Source of the DNA: Lingula anatina
Taxonomy: Eukaryota > Animalia > Brachiopoda
DNA length: 64,000 nucleotides
Direction of reading: 5' to 3'
Assembly (NCBI GenBank): GCA_051362555.1
Contig: CM120640.1
Coordinates: forward strand, 496,001 to 560,000
The notes beneath the pieces are model-generated. The model saw only the letters and a program-made list of their open reading frames with translations, did not search any database and was not told where the DNA came from. Positions 37,024-49,054 of the stretch are shown in pieces; position 1 is the first letter of the stretch; every line of letters begins with the position of its first letter. The position numbers were made by a program, and so were the translations under genes.

Positions 37024-37579
37024 GTTTTACTGAAATATCATTATACAATAAGGCTTATTTTATTCAAAAGAATAACAAAGTTCATGCTTTTCAAACCAAG
37101 TGAAAACTTAAAATAATAATAATAGAATATAAAATAATAACAAAAACTATGTAAAAATGAATGGATTGTAATGACAAGACCTGGATGACATTTGGTGACC
37201 TTTAGCTGTGCAGGCGTCCATGTTGTCTTTGCACCAGATGTCATACATGTACTTCAAAGTTAATCCAAAATAATGGGGTTATGGTACTATTCAAACTCCG
37301 AGCTTAGTTCAGAAATGTTTATGAGTAAAATCCAGTTAACTGTTTTTTCACTGATTAGAGATGTCAGAGCTGGTATAAATTTAAAAAGACACAGGCACAA
37401 AAGCACACTGCTTATTTAAAATTGAATTGAAAGGGGCAAGTCGAGGAAGAGTCATAATAAACAAATGCGAACATAAATTAATATCACCTTCATTCAATTG
37501 ATTTTAGGTAAGAATCGATTTAGTAAAATTTATCAATGGTTTGAGACTAGGAAGATCTGTCTTAAAGCTTGTACTTACG

Positions 37580-37895
37580 TTGTATTACCACGCCGATTAA
37601 TGTTGTTGGTCTTCACCCACGTTGTTGAACTGACCGGCATTTATATTATTACGATATGCGCAACTTCCGGTTTACCATCTACTATGAACGTAAATAAATT
37701 ATCGAAATACAGAAATTGCATTCAGAAATGAGTAATTCATATAATCTACACAATGTCAAAAATAAATATTTTCTCTTTTAAGATGATTGTAAAGGCATAT
37801 ACAGGTAAAGGTAGGTAATTCTCAAAATTTGTCGTTATCCCTTTTATGAACATGGTAAACCGGCGCCATATTGTGACTACAGGTGCGTTGTTGAG
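37580..37895. promoter_or_regulatory. Probable bidirectional promoter RCC1 / SF3B5
   Basis: Head-to-head genes less than 320 bp apart. ETS-type ACTTCCGG at ~37663 and YY1-like CGCCATA at ~37864. Confidence 0.55.
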
Positions 37896-38153
37896 ATGGG
37901 AGACCGCTATAATATCCACAGTCAGCTAGAGCATCTACAGTCTAAATATATAGGGACCGGCCACGCCGACACAAACAAGTGGGAGTGGCTTACAAACCAA
38001 CACAGAGACAGTAATGCCTCGTACATGGGGCATTTTGATATGCTGAACTATTTCGCCATTGTTGAAAACGAAGCCAAAGCAAGAGTGAAATTTAATTTAA
38101 TGGAAAGAATGCTTCAGCCTTGTGGTCCTCCACCAGAAAGACCCGAAGATTAG
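37896..38153 (+). CDS. SF3B5: Splicing factor 3B subunit 5 (SF3b10), 85 aa, intronless CDS
   Basis: MGDRYNIHSQLEHLQSKYIGTGHADTNKWEWLTNQHRDS...MLQPCGPPPE, highly conserved SF3B5 sequence. Confidence 0.97.
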   Translation: MGDRYNIHSQLEHLQSKYIGTGHADTNKWEWLTNQHRDSNASYMGHFDMLNYFAIVENEAKARVKFNLMERMLQPCGPPPERPED

Positions 38154-38346
38154 AGACTGAAACTGTGTAGACTTTTTTAGTGTGTCCACTGGCTTGACTA
38201 CAATTAGTGTATTTGACAGAAGAAAACATTCTGATATAGCAGAATATATTGCCCTAGTCACTGTGCTGGTCAGAGCCAAAGCAGTTTTAGTTAGCACAAA
38301 CATTTCTGTAAGCCATTGTATTAAACATTTGAATATATAGCATTTA

Positions 38347-38715
38347 ATGTCCACAATGGCAATGAATGGTCCAATATGCCCAAGCCTTCTCCCTAGGCTT
38401 GTGGACCCTCTGTGGTTTCAAGTGGACAAACCATGTGATGATGAGAATGAGCTCTCCAAGCTTGAAGAAGAACACAGGGACTGGCTACAGAGTATTGCTG
38501 ATAAAGATAAAGATATCATTCCTATTGGTAAAACAGCAGCAGAGCATTATGATGATGAGGATGATGAAGAGGATGGTGATGAGCCTGACAGTGGGTCAGG
38601 TACAGATCCTGATGAGTTAGATACGGACATGTTAGATGAGCCAGACAGTGCAGATGACGTGGAGATGGAAGCCAATGATAACCTAGCAAATGACTCTCCA
38701 TCTTGGGATGTCTAA
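38347..38715 (+). CDS. ANAPC15: Anaphase-promoting complex subunit 15, 122 aa, intronless CDS
   Basis: [54 protein letters not shown] plus acidic tail matches APC15. AATAAA at ~38764. Confidence 0.93.
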   Translation: MSTMAMNGPICPSLLPRLVDPLWFQVDKPCDDENELSKLEEEHRDWLQSIADKDKDIIPIGKTAAEHYDDEDDEEDGDEPDSGSGTDPDELDTDMLDEPDSADDVEMEANDNLANDSPSWDV

Positions 38716-39220
38716 TGTAGCAATATGTGCTGCTCGTCTTGTATCAAATTGTTTTTTTGTCTGAATAAAGATGAACATAGCAGAAATAATGTCTTACAGC
38801 TTGGCTGTCTTGACTTTTAATTTTTTAATTTCAAGACATTAATTATTGGTCACAATAATATAGAAGTCCTCAATTGGTCAATGTGAGAATGTTGATAATG
38901 GTTATTCTGTTTAAAAAACAACTGGAAGTATATAGAATACATTATATGAGAAATCTGCAGACATTCATGGTTAAAACAATAAAGAACTTTTGTAAAAATC
39001 CATACGTCTCTCTGTTTTAAATTGTGCATAAAGTTCATTATTTTTATGATGCAGATCTGTATAACTATTAAAAGAATGATAAGATTGTGAAATGTGCTTG
39101 GCAATCTTTAAAGAGATCGTGTGTAAAAATTATGTGGGGGGGGGGGAGGTAAAATTGTTAGTAGTTTATTTCTCTGTACTAATTATTTTGGGTGCAGTAA
39201 TTGTACTCAGAAATTAACTA

Positions 39221-39405
39221 AGACCCCATTCCTATGCCTAAATCGATCAAGCAAGATTGACCCATCTCTGAAGGGTTTCTAGCCAAATTAAATTTGGCTA
39301 AGTGGCTCTGATGTCTGGCAGGTCTACTGAAGCTGTACGGGGGTAATTAACTATCTTTTAGCAGCTTCAGTAGGCCTTAATCTGAATGCAATTTGGGTGG
39401 GGTCT
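39221..39405. mobile_element. Short MITE-like element (AGACCCC...GGGGTCT termini); related sequence near 62960-63140
   Basis: Termini AGACCCCA / TGGGGTCT, internal hairpin CTACTGAAGCTG..CAGCTTCAGTAG. Similar motifs (GATCGATCCATTTCTGAGGGG..TAGCAGCTTCA) occur in an AGBL5 intron. Confidence 0.55.
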
Positions 39406-40285
39406 AAAATACTGAACAACCTGCACTGAAATATATTTGATATGAGAACCACTGTAGGATTGTCTGAGAATCTAACTGGTGTAAAGTAAAATCTACAACA
39501 GGAGCACTTATTACATAACCAAATTTATTATTATACAAAAGTAGAAACTTACACAATGAAAAGGTTGATGACCTCTCAAATAACAAACAAAAATGACCTT
39601 GAAACTGAAACAGTTGCTAATTGGCACGAGATAACAATACGAATTGTGCCTAACAATCATCTAACAATTGATATAATGAAATACAACATGAGAGGAGGGT
39701 GAAAGTATACCAGTGATTTGCAGCACATTACCTGCCATTAATTTACCTCCAAAAGAACTGCTTACATTATATTTGTCCCAGAGCCTGTCCACCCTCACCT
39801 TATAAACAGGTGTGGCAAGGCACCTACACCTCCGACTTCATTCACACAACATTGCTTAATAAAACTACTTTCAGGGGGATGTTTAATAACATCTGTTTCT
39901 TTCTGAGATCAATGAGATTTTGTACATTCTAATCATACTTGCTTTGTATACTTGTACAATTAAAAGCTGGAATATACCCTTGGCCTTCTATCCTATAACT
40001 TCAAGCAGTGTTAGCTTTCCTTCCATTTTAAATATTTCAACTGTAAATCAGTAATGAAGCTGTATTCAAACAGTATGACCATTCATACTGGGAAAAATGA
40101 TTGAAGAAATCCACTTTTTAATTCAAAATCTCTTATCTTTTACATTTATAGTAACAATAGTGTTTGACAGTAAGTTCTACTGCATCGTTTTTGCTGCATT
40201 AGTTCCAACTATGGTTCAATGTGATGAACATTGGAGTCAAAAACAAGTCATATACCAAGTGAGAGAAAAAGTAACATCAATGCAT

Positions 40286-40438
40286 GGCCCCATTCAGAAT
40301 AGGGTACTAACTAGTCCAAGGGTCAAATATGGCCGACCCACTTGAATACTTCCCCACGAGATATCTATTTAGTGTCTATTACATGGCAAACTTTGTAGTG
40401 GGTCGCCACACTTGACCCTGGGAGTAGTTAGTGGGGCC
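40286..40438. mobile_element. MITE in the TBPL1 3' UTR, same family as the outer element at 7468-8225
   Basis: GGCCCCATTCAGAATAGGG...GGGTCAAATATGGCCGACCCACTTGAATACTTCCCCACG is the reverse complement of part of 8075-8225. Ends GGGGCC. Confidence 0.8.
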
Positions 40439-40465
40439 TTTAATCAATTCCATTTCTGAAACTCT

Positions 40466-42949
40466 TCAGTCAAAACTGGCATCTGAGCTGTAACTTTCGT
40501 CACCACTTGACTCAAATGAGCTGCACTCATCTTCCTCATCCAAGTCTATTGATTTTGTAATTTTTGGTTTCTTCCGCTTTATTTTAGTGGGGCCTGATAC
40601 TTCCACTGCAGCTTCTGGCAGAGTCTTTACAGAGGAAGGAGGCTTGTACATTTTGTGCTCGTAGACCAGAGGATAAACATGTTCGATGGCAGACTGCACA
40701 TTGGAAACACGGGGAGCTAGAAAATAAAAGAGAAAATTATCACCACCCGAACATATGACCCATGTAATATGGAATGATCATATAAATTATATGGCCCCAG
40801 TATGTATGTTGGTGTTTTGCATATGTTGCACACACACATTCTTTTTTAATTACCAGAAATTCCATAAGAACAGAGATCATCCTCTGTGTAAGGAACTCAC
40901 AGGAAGAAGTTACCCCTGTTCACTATCTAATACAGTGTTAGGTAGCACCAACAATTTTCTAGCTGTATTGTAAACCTCTTGTATATTTACCTGTAACAGT
41001 TATACTCCCTGTGGAAAACACTTTTAATGTTGCCTTTGGATCTTTTATTTTGTACGTAACTCCTGGGTGCAGTTCCGGTTCATAACTAGAAAAGAAACAA
41101 GGGGGTCATGGTGTAATTAGATAAACAATAATGGAATGATTTCACTAATTCTAGAAAACTTTATGTTAACCCTTGTGTAGATGAAGAAAGGGGGAGGGGG
41201 TTAACTGTTGGGACACAATAGTTATTAACAACTTTTACAACTAGACCAGATAAAGGAGAACTGGGTAATGGCAGACATTAATTCGATCAATGCATATCCT
41301 TGAGCAGAGATGGAAAATATTTATCTGAAAAGGCAAACTCTGTTTTACCTGGCGTTATTTCTGTTTTCATCTGAGAAAGTTTGAATCCTGATTGCGAAGG
41401 GTAAGATGCAGGTGGCCAGTACGTTGACAACCCTGAAACTAGCAAACTTGACGTTGAAGCCCAACTTCTGCAATGCCCTCGCCACCTTCCTACCAGCCTT
41501 CTTTGCTTCCTCTTCACTGAAAATAAAAGAAAATCCATCCTACTTATAACTTCATTAAAATCAACCTCCCTCAAAAGACACAATGCTAGTACATGCAATT
41601 CACTATGATAAGAATATACATTACATGTAATAAGATATGTACAATTTAAATACTGCCCTTCCATATCCCTGAAGAAGATAATCTAGTGTTTATAGGACCG
41701 TCAGTGCCAGCCATGACCTATGCGATATATTTACAAACAATGACTTAAGATAACTGTGTTTCAGTCCCATGTCATCACCTTGTGGCTCCAGTACATGTTA
41801 TCTTTCCTGATGACCAAATACTGGCAGTGGCTTTTGGATGCCTTATCTTCATTGACACCATCTGGAAAGGAAGCAAATAATAATAATAATAATGATGAAA
41901 ACCCCTGAAAAATAAAAAACTATCTGGAACAAAAGATGGGCACTATTCTTTTTAAAATCTGACCAGCAAGTTATTACAAGATATAAAATATATTCCAACA
42001 TATAAAATGACACCAACCATGTTGTGTTATGTATTAGACTAGAGGGTACATGGTTTTTGTATTATATTTCAATTGTTAAAACAAAGGTACTTATGAGACC
42101 CCTGTATGCCTGCAGCAAATAACACTGCTTTCAGTTTTTACAAAAGCCCATGCCTGAAGGAAATGTTTAACAGCAATAAATAAAGCATGCAATACTTGGG
42201 TACTTTTGTGCACACTCAACTGGTTAATGAACCTGGTATACATCTTTATCTTTACAGGAGGATGAAGCTTGGGAATACAGCAGTAGGTGTACCGAGTTTG
42301 GATGATCCGTTGTCTTTTACTATTTTATTTGAATTTTCTATTGCTTATTTTTGGAGATTCTGTTTCACAAGCTCACCTTTTTTTTCGAGGCCATTTGGCA
42401 GTTTTATGAACTCCCATAAAAAATTAACCGATTTTGATGATTTTTTTGCGTGTTAGACTAATATGGTAGTGGACACTCGTGTTCTGGAATTTTTAGGTTC
42501 ATTTAACTGGTCGAATACTTAATCAAGGTGACAGTCGAATGTGCTTATGTTTATGTAAAATTACATCTTTGAAAAAATTATATCTTTGAAAAATAATCAG
42601 CTTGAACGATCAGTCTAGCAAATCTATTCACAGTATTTTATTCACAGCATTGGTTATAAAAGTGTAAATTTATAGAAGTGCTAGCGTGAAGAGTGTTAGG
42701 ACTAAGTGGTCATACCCCATTCTCCCTCTTGTATTCAACATTGATCCCCTCTGTCGCTATCTTCCTCAGGTTCAGATGACACCTTGTGTTAAAGGAACAC
42801 ACAACATTGTTTATCACAATATCTATCACAGGCTCTGTCTTAGTCTCCGTGTGTTCTTGGCACTGCGTCTCTGTCTCAACAACGATACCAATGTCTGCGT
42901 TTCTCTCTGTCGCTGGCTGTTGCTGATGGACCTGCAGCACCTCCGTCAT
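40466..42949 (-). CDS. TBPL1: TBP-like factor (TRF2/TLF), 276 aa, 5 coding exons
   Basis: Exons 42949-42716, 41861-41779, 41516-41349, 41085-40991, 40716-40466. Motifs DIVINNVVCSF..LNLRKIA, ASIWSSGKITCTGATSEEEA, SYEPELHPGVTYKI..ATLKVFSTGSITVTAP are typical of TRF2/TBPL1. Confidence 0.95.
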
Positions 42950-43059
42950 TGTTCTTCGGTTTACACGGCAACATGAAATGTGCTCAGATAATCCCGAATG
43001 AAAAAGGACGAACAACTATTCTCTTAGCTCGTCGGTCATTTTCTAGGTAGTTTACCAGT

Positions 43060-43510
43060 TTGAGTTACTCATGATAGACCGGTTTTTTGGGAACACGAAA
43101 AGACAAATCCACACCTCGCCTGTTCTAAGATGTCACCCTTTCGGGTATTTCCGTAAATTAAATGACCAATCACAAAGTTTTTATTCATTTTACGGAAAGG
43201 TACGAAAATTTAGCGTAGATATCCGTCAGAGATGATGTTTGATTGGCCAAGTAAAGATCACACATCCACGATAAAATTTACTTTTAATACTGATTTAACA
43301 CAAGCTAATTTGCTCAAACATGAATATGAACGTGTTTTTATACTTAATTAGTTTGTTTTCATTATTATCTGCTTCTGTTTATGTGTCTTTTCCATTATTG
43401 CCTTCAAATTTGATCAGATTGACTTCATTACTTTAAGCCAATGAAATAGAACATCACATCCATTTCTAGGAATCACCAATATGGCTGCCCCCTATGAAAT
43501 GTATCTTGGT
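43060..43510. promoter_or_regulatory. Probable bidirectional CCAAT-box promoter TBPL1 / zinc-finger gene
   Basis: CCAAT/ATTGG at ~43166, 43242, 43437, 43476. YY1-like ATATGGCTGCC at ~43479. Candidate donor ttg|GTGAGG at ~43508. Confidence 0.45.
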
Positions 43511-44481
43511 GAGGGTCAACTCGTTAAAAGTTGCCTTTTAATTAAGTAATGCGATTTGGTGAGTTATATACGTGTTTGAATTTGTGCATTACATATGATC
43601 TCTGAATCTGCAGTAAATTACACCTGGCTAAAGTGGACGCAGAGCGTCGAATTGACCTATGAAATTCAGAATCTCTTTGCATTTTGTAAAATATCAGTAG
43701 GAATTTCTCTCTCAGTCTCGAGGAAATTAATAGTGTCTGTTTTAAATAAGAATGGTTAAAACAGTTTGGGATCTGTTGTGAATAAAAGCAGGAAAGGCCT
43801 GCTGGGATGACTAAACTGTTCAGGTAGAGGAGCGATATGTAACTCCTGGAAGCGCCGGCTCCAGGTAGTTGAATGCCATTTATGGGCATAGATTTCCATT
43901 GCCTCGCCTCCGTGGAGGACGGAAAGCAGAATTGCCAGATGCCCATTTTAGATTAGGGGTTTGGTGAGAGTAAACAAAACCGTGAAAGGATGATTTTAGG
44001 TTTCCTTGCATTTTGTGCAGAACGTTTTACTGCTTTCAAGGTTGTATAGTGGAGCTGATCACTGTAGGTAAATTGGGGAATATTATAATATTAATTTGCA
44101 CATTTTCATTGGCAAAGGGTCAAAAATTTCTGGATAGTATTTATAGCTATGTAAAAAGAAATTCAATTTATTTAATCTACTAATGGAAATGTAGCTGATT
44201 ACAACAAAACATCTACTTTATTTTCAGTCTACATGTACTTTATTGTCAAAATATAAAATATAGTTTATGTAGATATACTGTTTACCAAATGTAATCTTGT
44301 GGTGCTATGTTTGCCATTTTTGTAGGTGGGGTTGTAAAATATTCTTACAATTTTTGTTATTTTTTATATTCAACACAGATTTATTAATCTTCATCAGGTG
44401 TCTTGCTGAATGCAGTGTACATACAGTATGGTGCTTTGACAGAGGGTTAGTACATGGTGGTATTTCCTGTGTACCACCACC

Positions 44482-45599
44482 ATGGCATCTGAAGAGAATG
44501 ATGATGACTGGAAGATGAAGGAATTTCTCAAATCAACAAAAAGTGTACGTGGAGGGTACAGAGTTGGAGCAGGGCGACCCAAAAAATATGTGGGCATGGA
44601 CAGGAAAGAAGTGAGGAAAATGTACCGTAGGATGCAGAGAAATGCCAGCATTCAGTTGCCTTCATCTTATACACAGCCCTGGCAGAGAGAGAAGTCCAGA
44701 CTGGGACTCATATCTGATTCACAATTTATTCAACATCTGCTCAACCTCAGGTATGTCTGTTTAGTTACAAGCATAGACAGATTTTTTTTAACCAGCTGCA
44801 CAGCCAGTTGTTTGATAGATATTGGTGCATTGTATTATTTATTATACTATGATATTTATTCTGCCTTTTAAGCTTGAAGATGTTTCAGATTAATTGAAAA
44901 TTCATTTCTTCATTTTACAATTACAGTTTTAAGATGTATACATATGTATTTGTTGAAAATTCATTTTTACTGTCGGTAAATTTTTATACCTCATGCATCT
45001 CTATCTTAAATACAGACATGACTCATTACACTATATACTAGAGGATCAGAGAGGCGATACCGCCTCCGAATATTGTACCACCAGCTGGAGCAAGAGCATT
45101 CGTATAGACCCCCACATATACAAAATAAGGAACACAGCCACCAGTCTTGTGCTTGACAAGCTGTAACAAGGCAGCAAAGCTGTCAAATGTACAGACAAAG
45201 AACAGAAAATAAAGATGCAAATAAGTGAAAAATTAAATTTTCACAAAAAACTGTTAAATTGCCAGAAAAATTTACCAAACAGACTGCATTGCCTATTGAA
45301 GCTGTATTTTAGTGCCATGTTTCTTTCCTATAAGTTTGAGAACAGTAAGTGACATGATTTCCCTTAAATGGTCATCATAGGAGCAGTGCCCAAAATAGGG
45401 GTTTCTTCAAATTTTGATACAACATTAAATAATGTTTAACAGCATAATGGCAATCAAATGTTATTAATAAAATATTAGTAACATGGACATTCAGAAAATG
45501 TGACAAGCAAAAGTCTTCAAGATCATGGAACTTTAAAGTCACACCTTGAAAATGCCAATATGTGAAAAATTAAATTTTCACAAAAAACTGTTTAACTGC

Positions 45600-45633
<34 letters not shown>

Positions 45634-48600
45634 AAACAGACTGCATTGCCTACTGAAGCTGTATTTTAGTCCCATGTTTCTTTCCTGTAAGTTTGAGAAC
45701 AGTACGTGACATGATTTTCCTTAAATGGTCATCATGGAAGCAGTGCCCAAAATAGGGGTTTCTTCAAATTTTGATGCAATATTACATAATGTTTAACAGC
45801 TTAATGACCATCAATTTTTAATTATAAAATATTTGTATCACAGATATTCAGAAAATGTGACTAGCAAAGGTCTTCAGGCCCATGGAACTTCAAAGTCACG
45901 CCTTGATAATGCCAAAATGTAAACAAGACAGCACTGTTCTGAAATGGGTTTATTTCCATTTTTAACACTTTTTTAACATAAAACAAAATAAACATTTTAC
46001 TGCCATTTTTATATGACCAACTAAGAAAATTGATGAGATGGGAAAAGTATCAATAGAACAGTGTTAAATGTCCAATTTCCTCCATTCTGAGATTCTGAAC
46101 ATAGTGGATGATTGAATCTGACAAACTGCAATGATATGAGTTTATTTCTATTTTTGACACTTTATTACACAATACATGATAACAAGTTTACCATGTTTTT
46201 TACATAATCAACTAACAATGTTGTAAAGATGCAGGAAATATCAAACAAACACTTTTAGGCATCTTATTAGTTAAATAATGAGACTGTTAACATGCTTAAG
46301 AATTGAATCTGAGGAAATGTGAAAAAAACAGTATAACTTCTAAAATAATGGCCCGATTATGCTGATTTTCGAACTCAACCTGCGTTTTAGTAAGATTGAC
46401 CATTCCTGTGAGTATAATTACAATTGGCCAATCCGTTTTTCTTATATTGTGTTATCAGTGTTGCATTTATATTGAAAATAGTGAAAAAACAGCATAAATT
46501 CCCTCAAAATAGCCCAATCATGCTGATTTTCAAACTTGACCTGCGTATTATGAATATTCATCAGTTCTGTAAGTTTCAAGTCAAAAGGTAAAATGGTTTT
46601 CCACTTATGGTGTTATCGGTGCTGCATATATGCTGAAAAAAGTGAAAAAACAGCATAAATTACCTAAAAGTGACCCGATCATGCTGATTTTCGAACTTGA
46701 CCTGCGTATTATGAATATTCATCAGTTCTGTAAGTTTCAAGTCAAAAGGTAAAATGGTTTTCCACTTATCGTGTTATCGGTGCTGCATATATGCTGAAAA
46801 AAGTGAAAAAACAGCATAAATTCCCTAAAAGTGACCCGATCATGCTGATTTTCGAACTTGACCTGCGTATTATGAATATTCATCAGTTCTGTAAGTTTCA
46901 AGTCAAAAGGTAAAATGGTTTTCCACTTATCGTGTTATCGGTGCTGCATATATGCTGAAAAAAGTGAAAAAACAGCATAAATTACCTAAAAGTGACCCGA
47001 TCATGCTGATTTTCGAACTTGACCTGCGTTTTATGAATATTCATCAGTTCTGCAAGTTTCAAGTCAAAAGGTAAAATGGTTTTCCACTTATCGTGTTATC
47101 GGTAAAAGTGCACGGCGACAGCGACGGCGACGACGACAGCGACGACGGCGACGGCGACGACAGACGCAGATGATGGCTATATGTACAGACACATCTGTGT
47201 CTGTACATAAAAATGCAATCAACAAGAATTTTCAAAATATGCAAAAAATATATATATTACTAAAAATGGTACAATCAAAGTTAAGTTCATCGTAAGGTAG
47301 GTCAAAGGTCAATTCCAAGGTCACAGTAAATTGCCAGTATATGACTTCCTATTCAACTTCAATAGTAACTATGGGCCTATCTCTGCCAGGTTTGGAGTTA
47401 AAAGAGAAAGAAATTAGCAGAGTTCAGTTCATGATAATAAGTAGGTCAAAGGTCAATTTCAAGGTCACACTTAGATTGCCAGTATATGACTTCCTATTCA
47501 CGTTCAATAGTAACTATGGACCTATCTCTGCCAGTTTTGGAGATAAAGGGGAAGCAAAATATGCAAAGTTCAGTTCATGGTGAAAAGTAGGTCAAAGGTC
47601 AATTTTAAGGTCACTTTTAGATTGCCAGTATATGTCTTCCTATTCAACTTCAATAGAGACTATGGACCTATCTCTGCCAGTTTTGGAGATAAAAGGGAAT
47701 CAAATTTTGCAAAGTTCAGTTCATGGTGAAAAGTAGGTCAAAGGTCAACTTTAAGGTCACATGTAGATTGCCAGTATATGACTTCCTATTCAACTTCAAT
47801 AGAGACTATGGACCTATCTCTGCCAGTTTTGGAGATAAAAGGGAAGCAAAATTTGCAAAGTTCAGTTCATGGTGAAAAGTAGGTCAAAGGTCAATTTTAA
47901 GGTCACATTTAGATTGCCAGTATATGTCTTCCTATTCAACTTCAATAGTAACTATGGACCTATCTCTGCCAGTTTTGGAGATATAAGGGACTAAATGTTA
48001 TAATTTTGGAGTTACCATAATGTGCCATAAATTTCCTACAGAAAAAATTAATTAAAATAAAGAAAAGGTCATTTTGGTCAAAATTCTTGAAATGGGAGGT
48101 GCTCTGAAGTTCCAGATGTTCAAATTTGATGAAATAATGTCATTTTTGACCACAAGTTGTCTGCTTTGCCAAGCCTTATGTTTTATTTTTCCGGAGTTCA
48201 AAATTTATTATCCATTACCGTACTGCACATTTTGCTTTCACCACCAATATGTACTTTTTGATACAGCGTAACTCGAAAACCGTATGGAATACAAAAAAAC
48301 GGAGACCACCTCCAGTGTTGGGCTTTACATGCTCTACAAAATGCAAAAAAGAATGGGTGTCTGGCATTAACGGTTCCCGATTTAGAGACAGTTTTCAGTT
48401 TCGATATCTTATGGCCGCTAATTCCGTGAAAATGCACCGATTGACCCCAAATTCACGGAGATGAAAGATGACCTGAAGGGTAACACTTTCCATTAATATT
48501 ATTAGTTAAGTCTGTGTGGTGTCTGAATAAGACCGCAAATAATTTTTTTTTCAGCAAAAATTTTGTTTTTTTGAAAATTTTGGCCCGTTTGACCTTGAAA

Positions 48601-49021
48601 TAAAGGTCAAAGGTCAAATCCAAGGGCATATTTGAAATCTACACATATGACTTTTGGAAAGCTGTCTGTAGAAATTTTTCCCATAATTCCTTCCGTAGGG
48701 GAGATAATTAGCATTTAATTTTGCCATTTTTGGACAAGGGTGCATTGCAATGAGTGCCACACCTAGACCCCAATACCGACAAAGCCCAAATTTTACGTGG
48801 AACGAGTTGAGATTATAGGTGACCTAAATCCAAGAGATGGGTATGGAGGCCCTTACCGTCTAGGAGGAGAAGCGGTAACGGTGACTTGGCGGCGGAGCCG
48901 CAGGAGCCGCAGGAGCCGGCGGAGCCGGCGGAGCCGCAGGAGCCGGCGGAACATACGGGTCGGGACTAAAACCATGTGTACCGCCAGCGCCTACGCTGGT
49001 GGTACAATAATGAAAGGTGTA

Positions 49022-49054
<33 letters not shown>

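Larger units (their letters stand above)
45037..49010 (+). mobile_element. Non-autonomous Helentron/HINE(DINE-1)-like element (outer), containing a 146-bp tandem array and a 9-bp repeat
   Basis: 15-bp subterminal inverted repeat TATTGTACCACCAGC (45071-45085) / GCTGGTGGTACAATA (48995-49009), terminal hairpin TGTACCGCCAGCG..CGCTGGTGGTACA, (GGAGCCGCA)n at 48891-48950, 146-bp repeats at ~47297-47990. Confidence 0.7.

Noticed and set aside
43542-43946. 134-aa minus-strand ORF between TBPL1 and the zinc-finger gene
   Set aside because: No recognisable homology; probably antisense to the zinc-finger gene's first intron.
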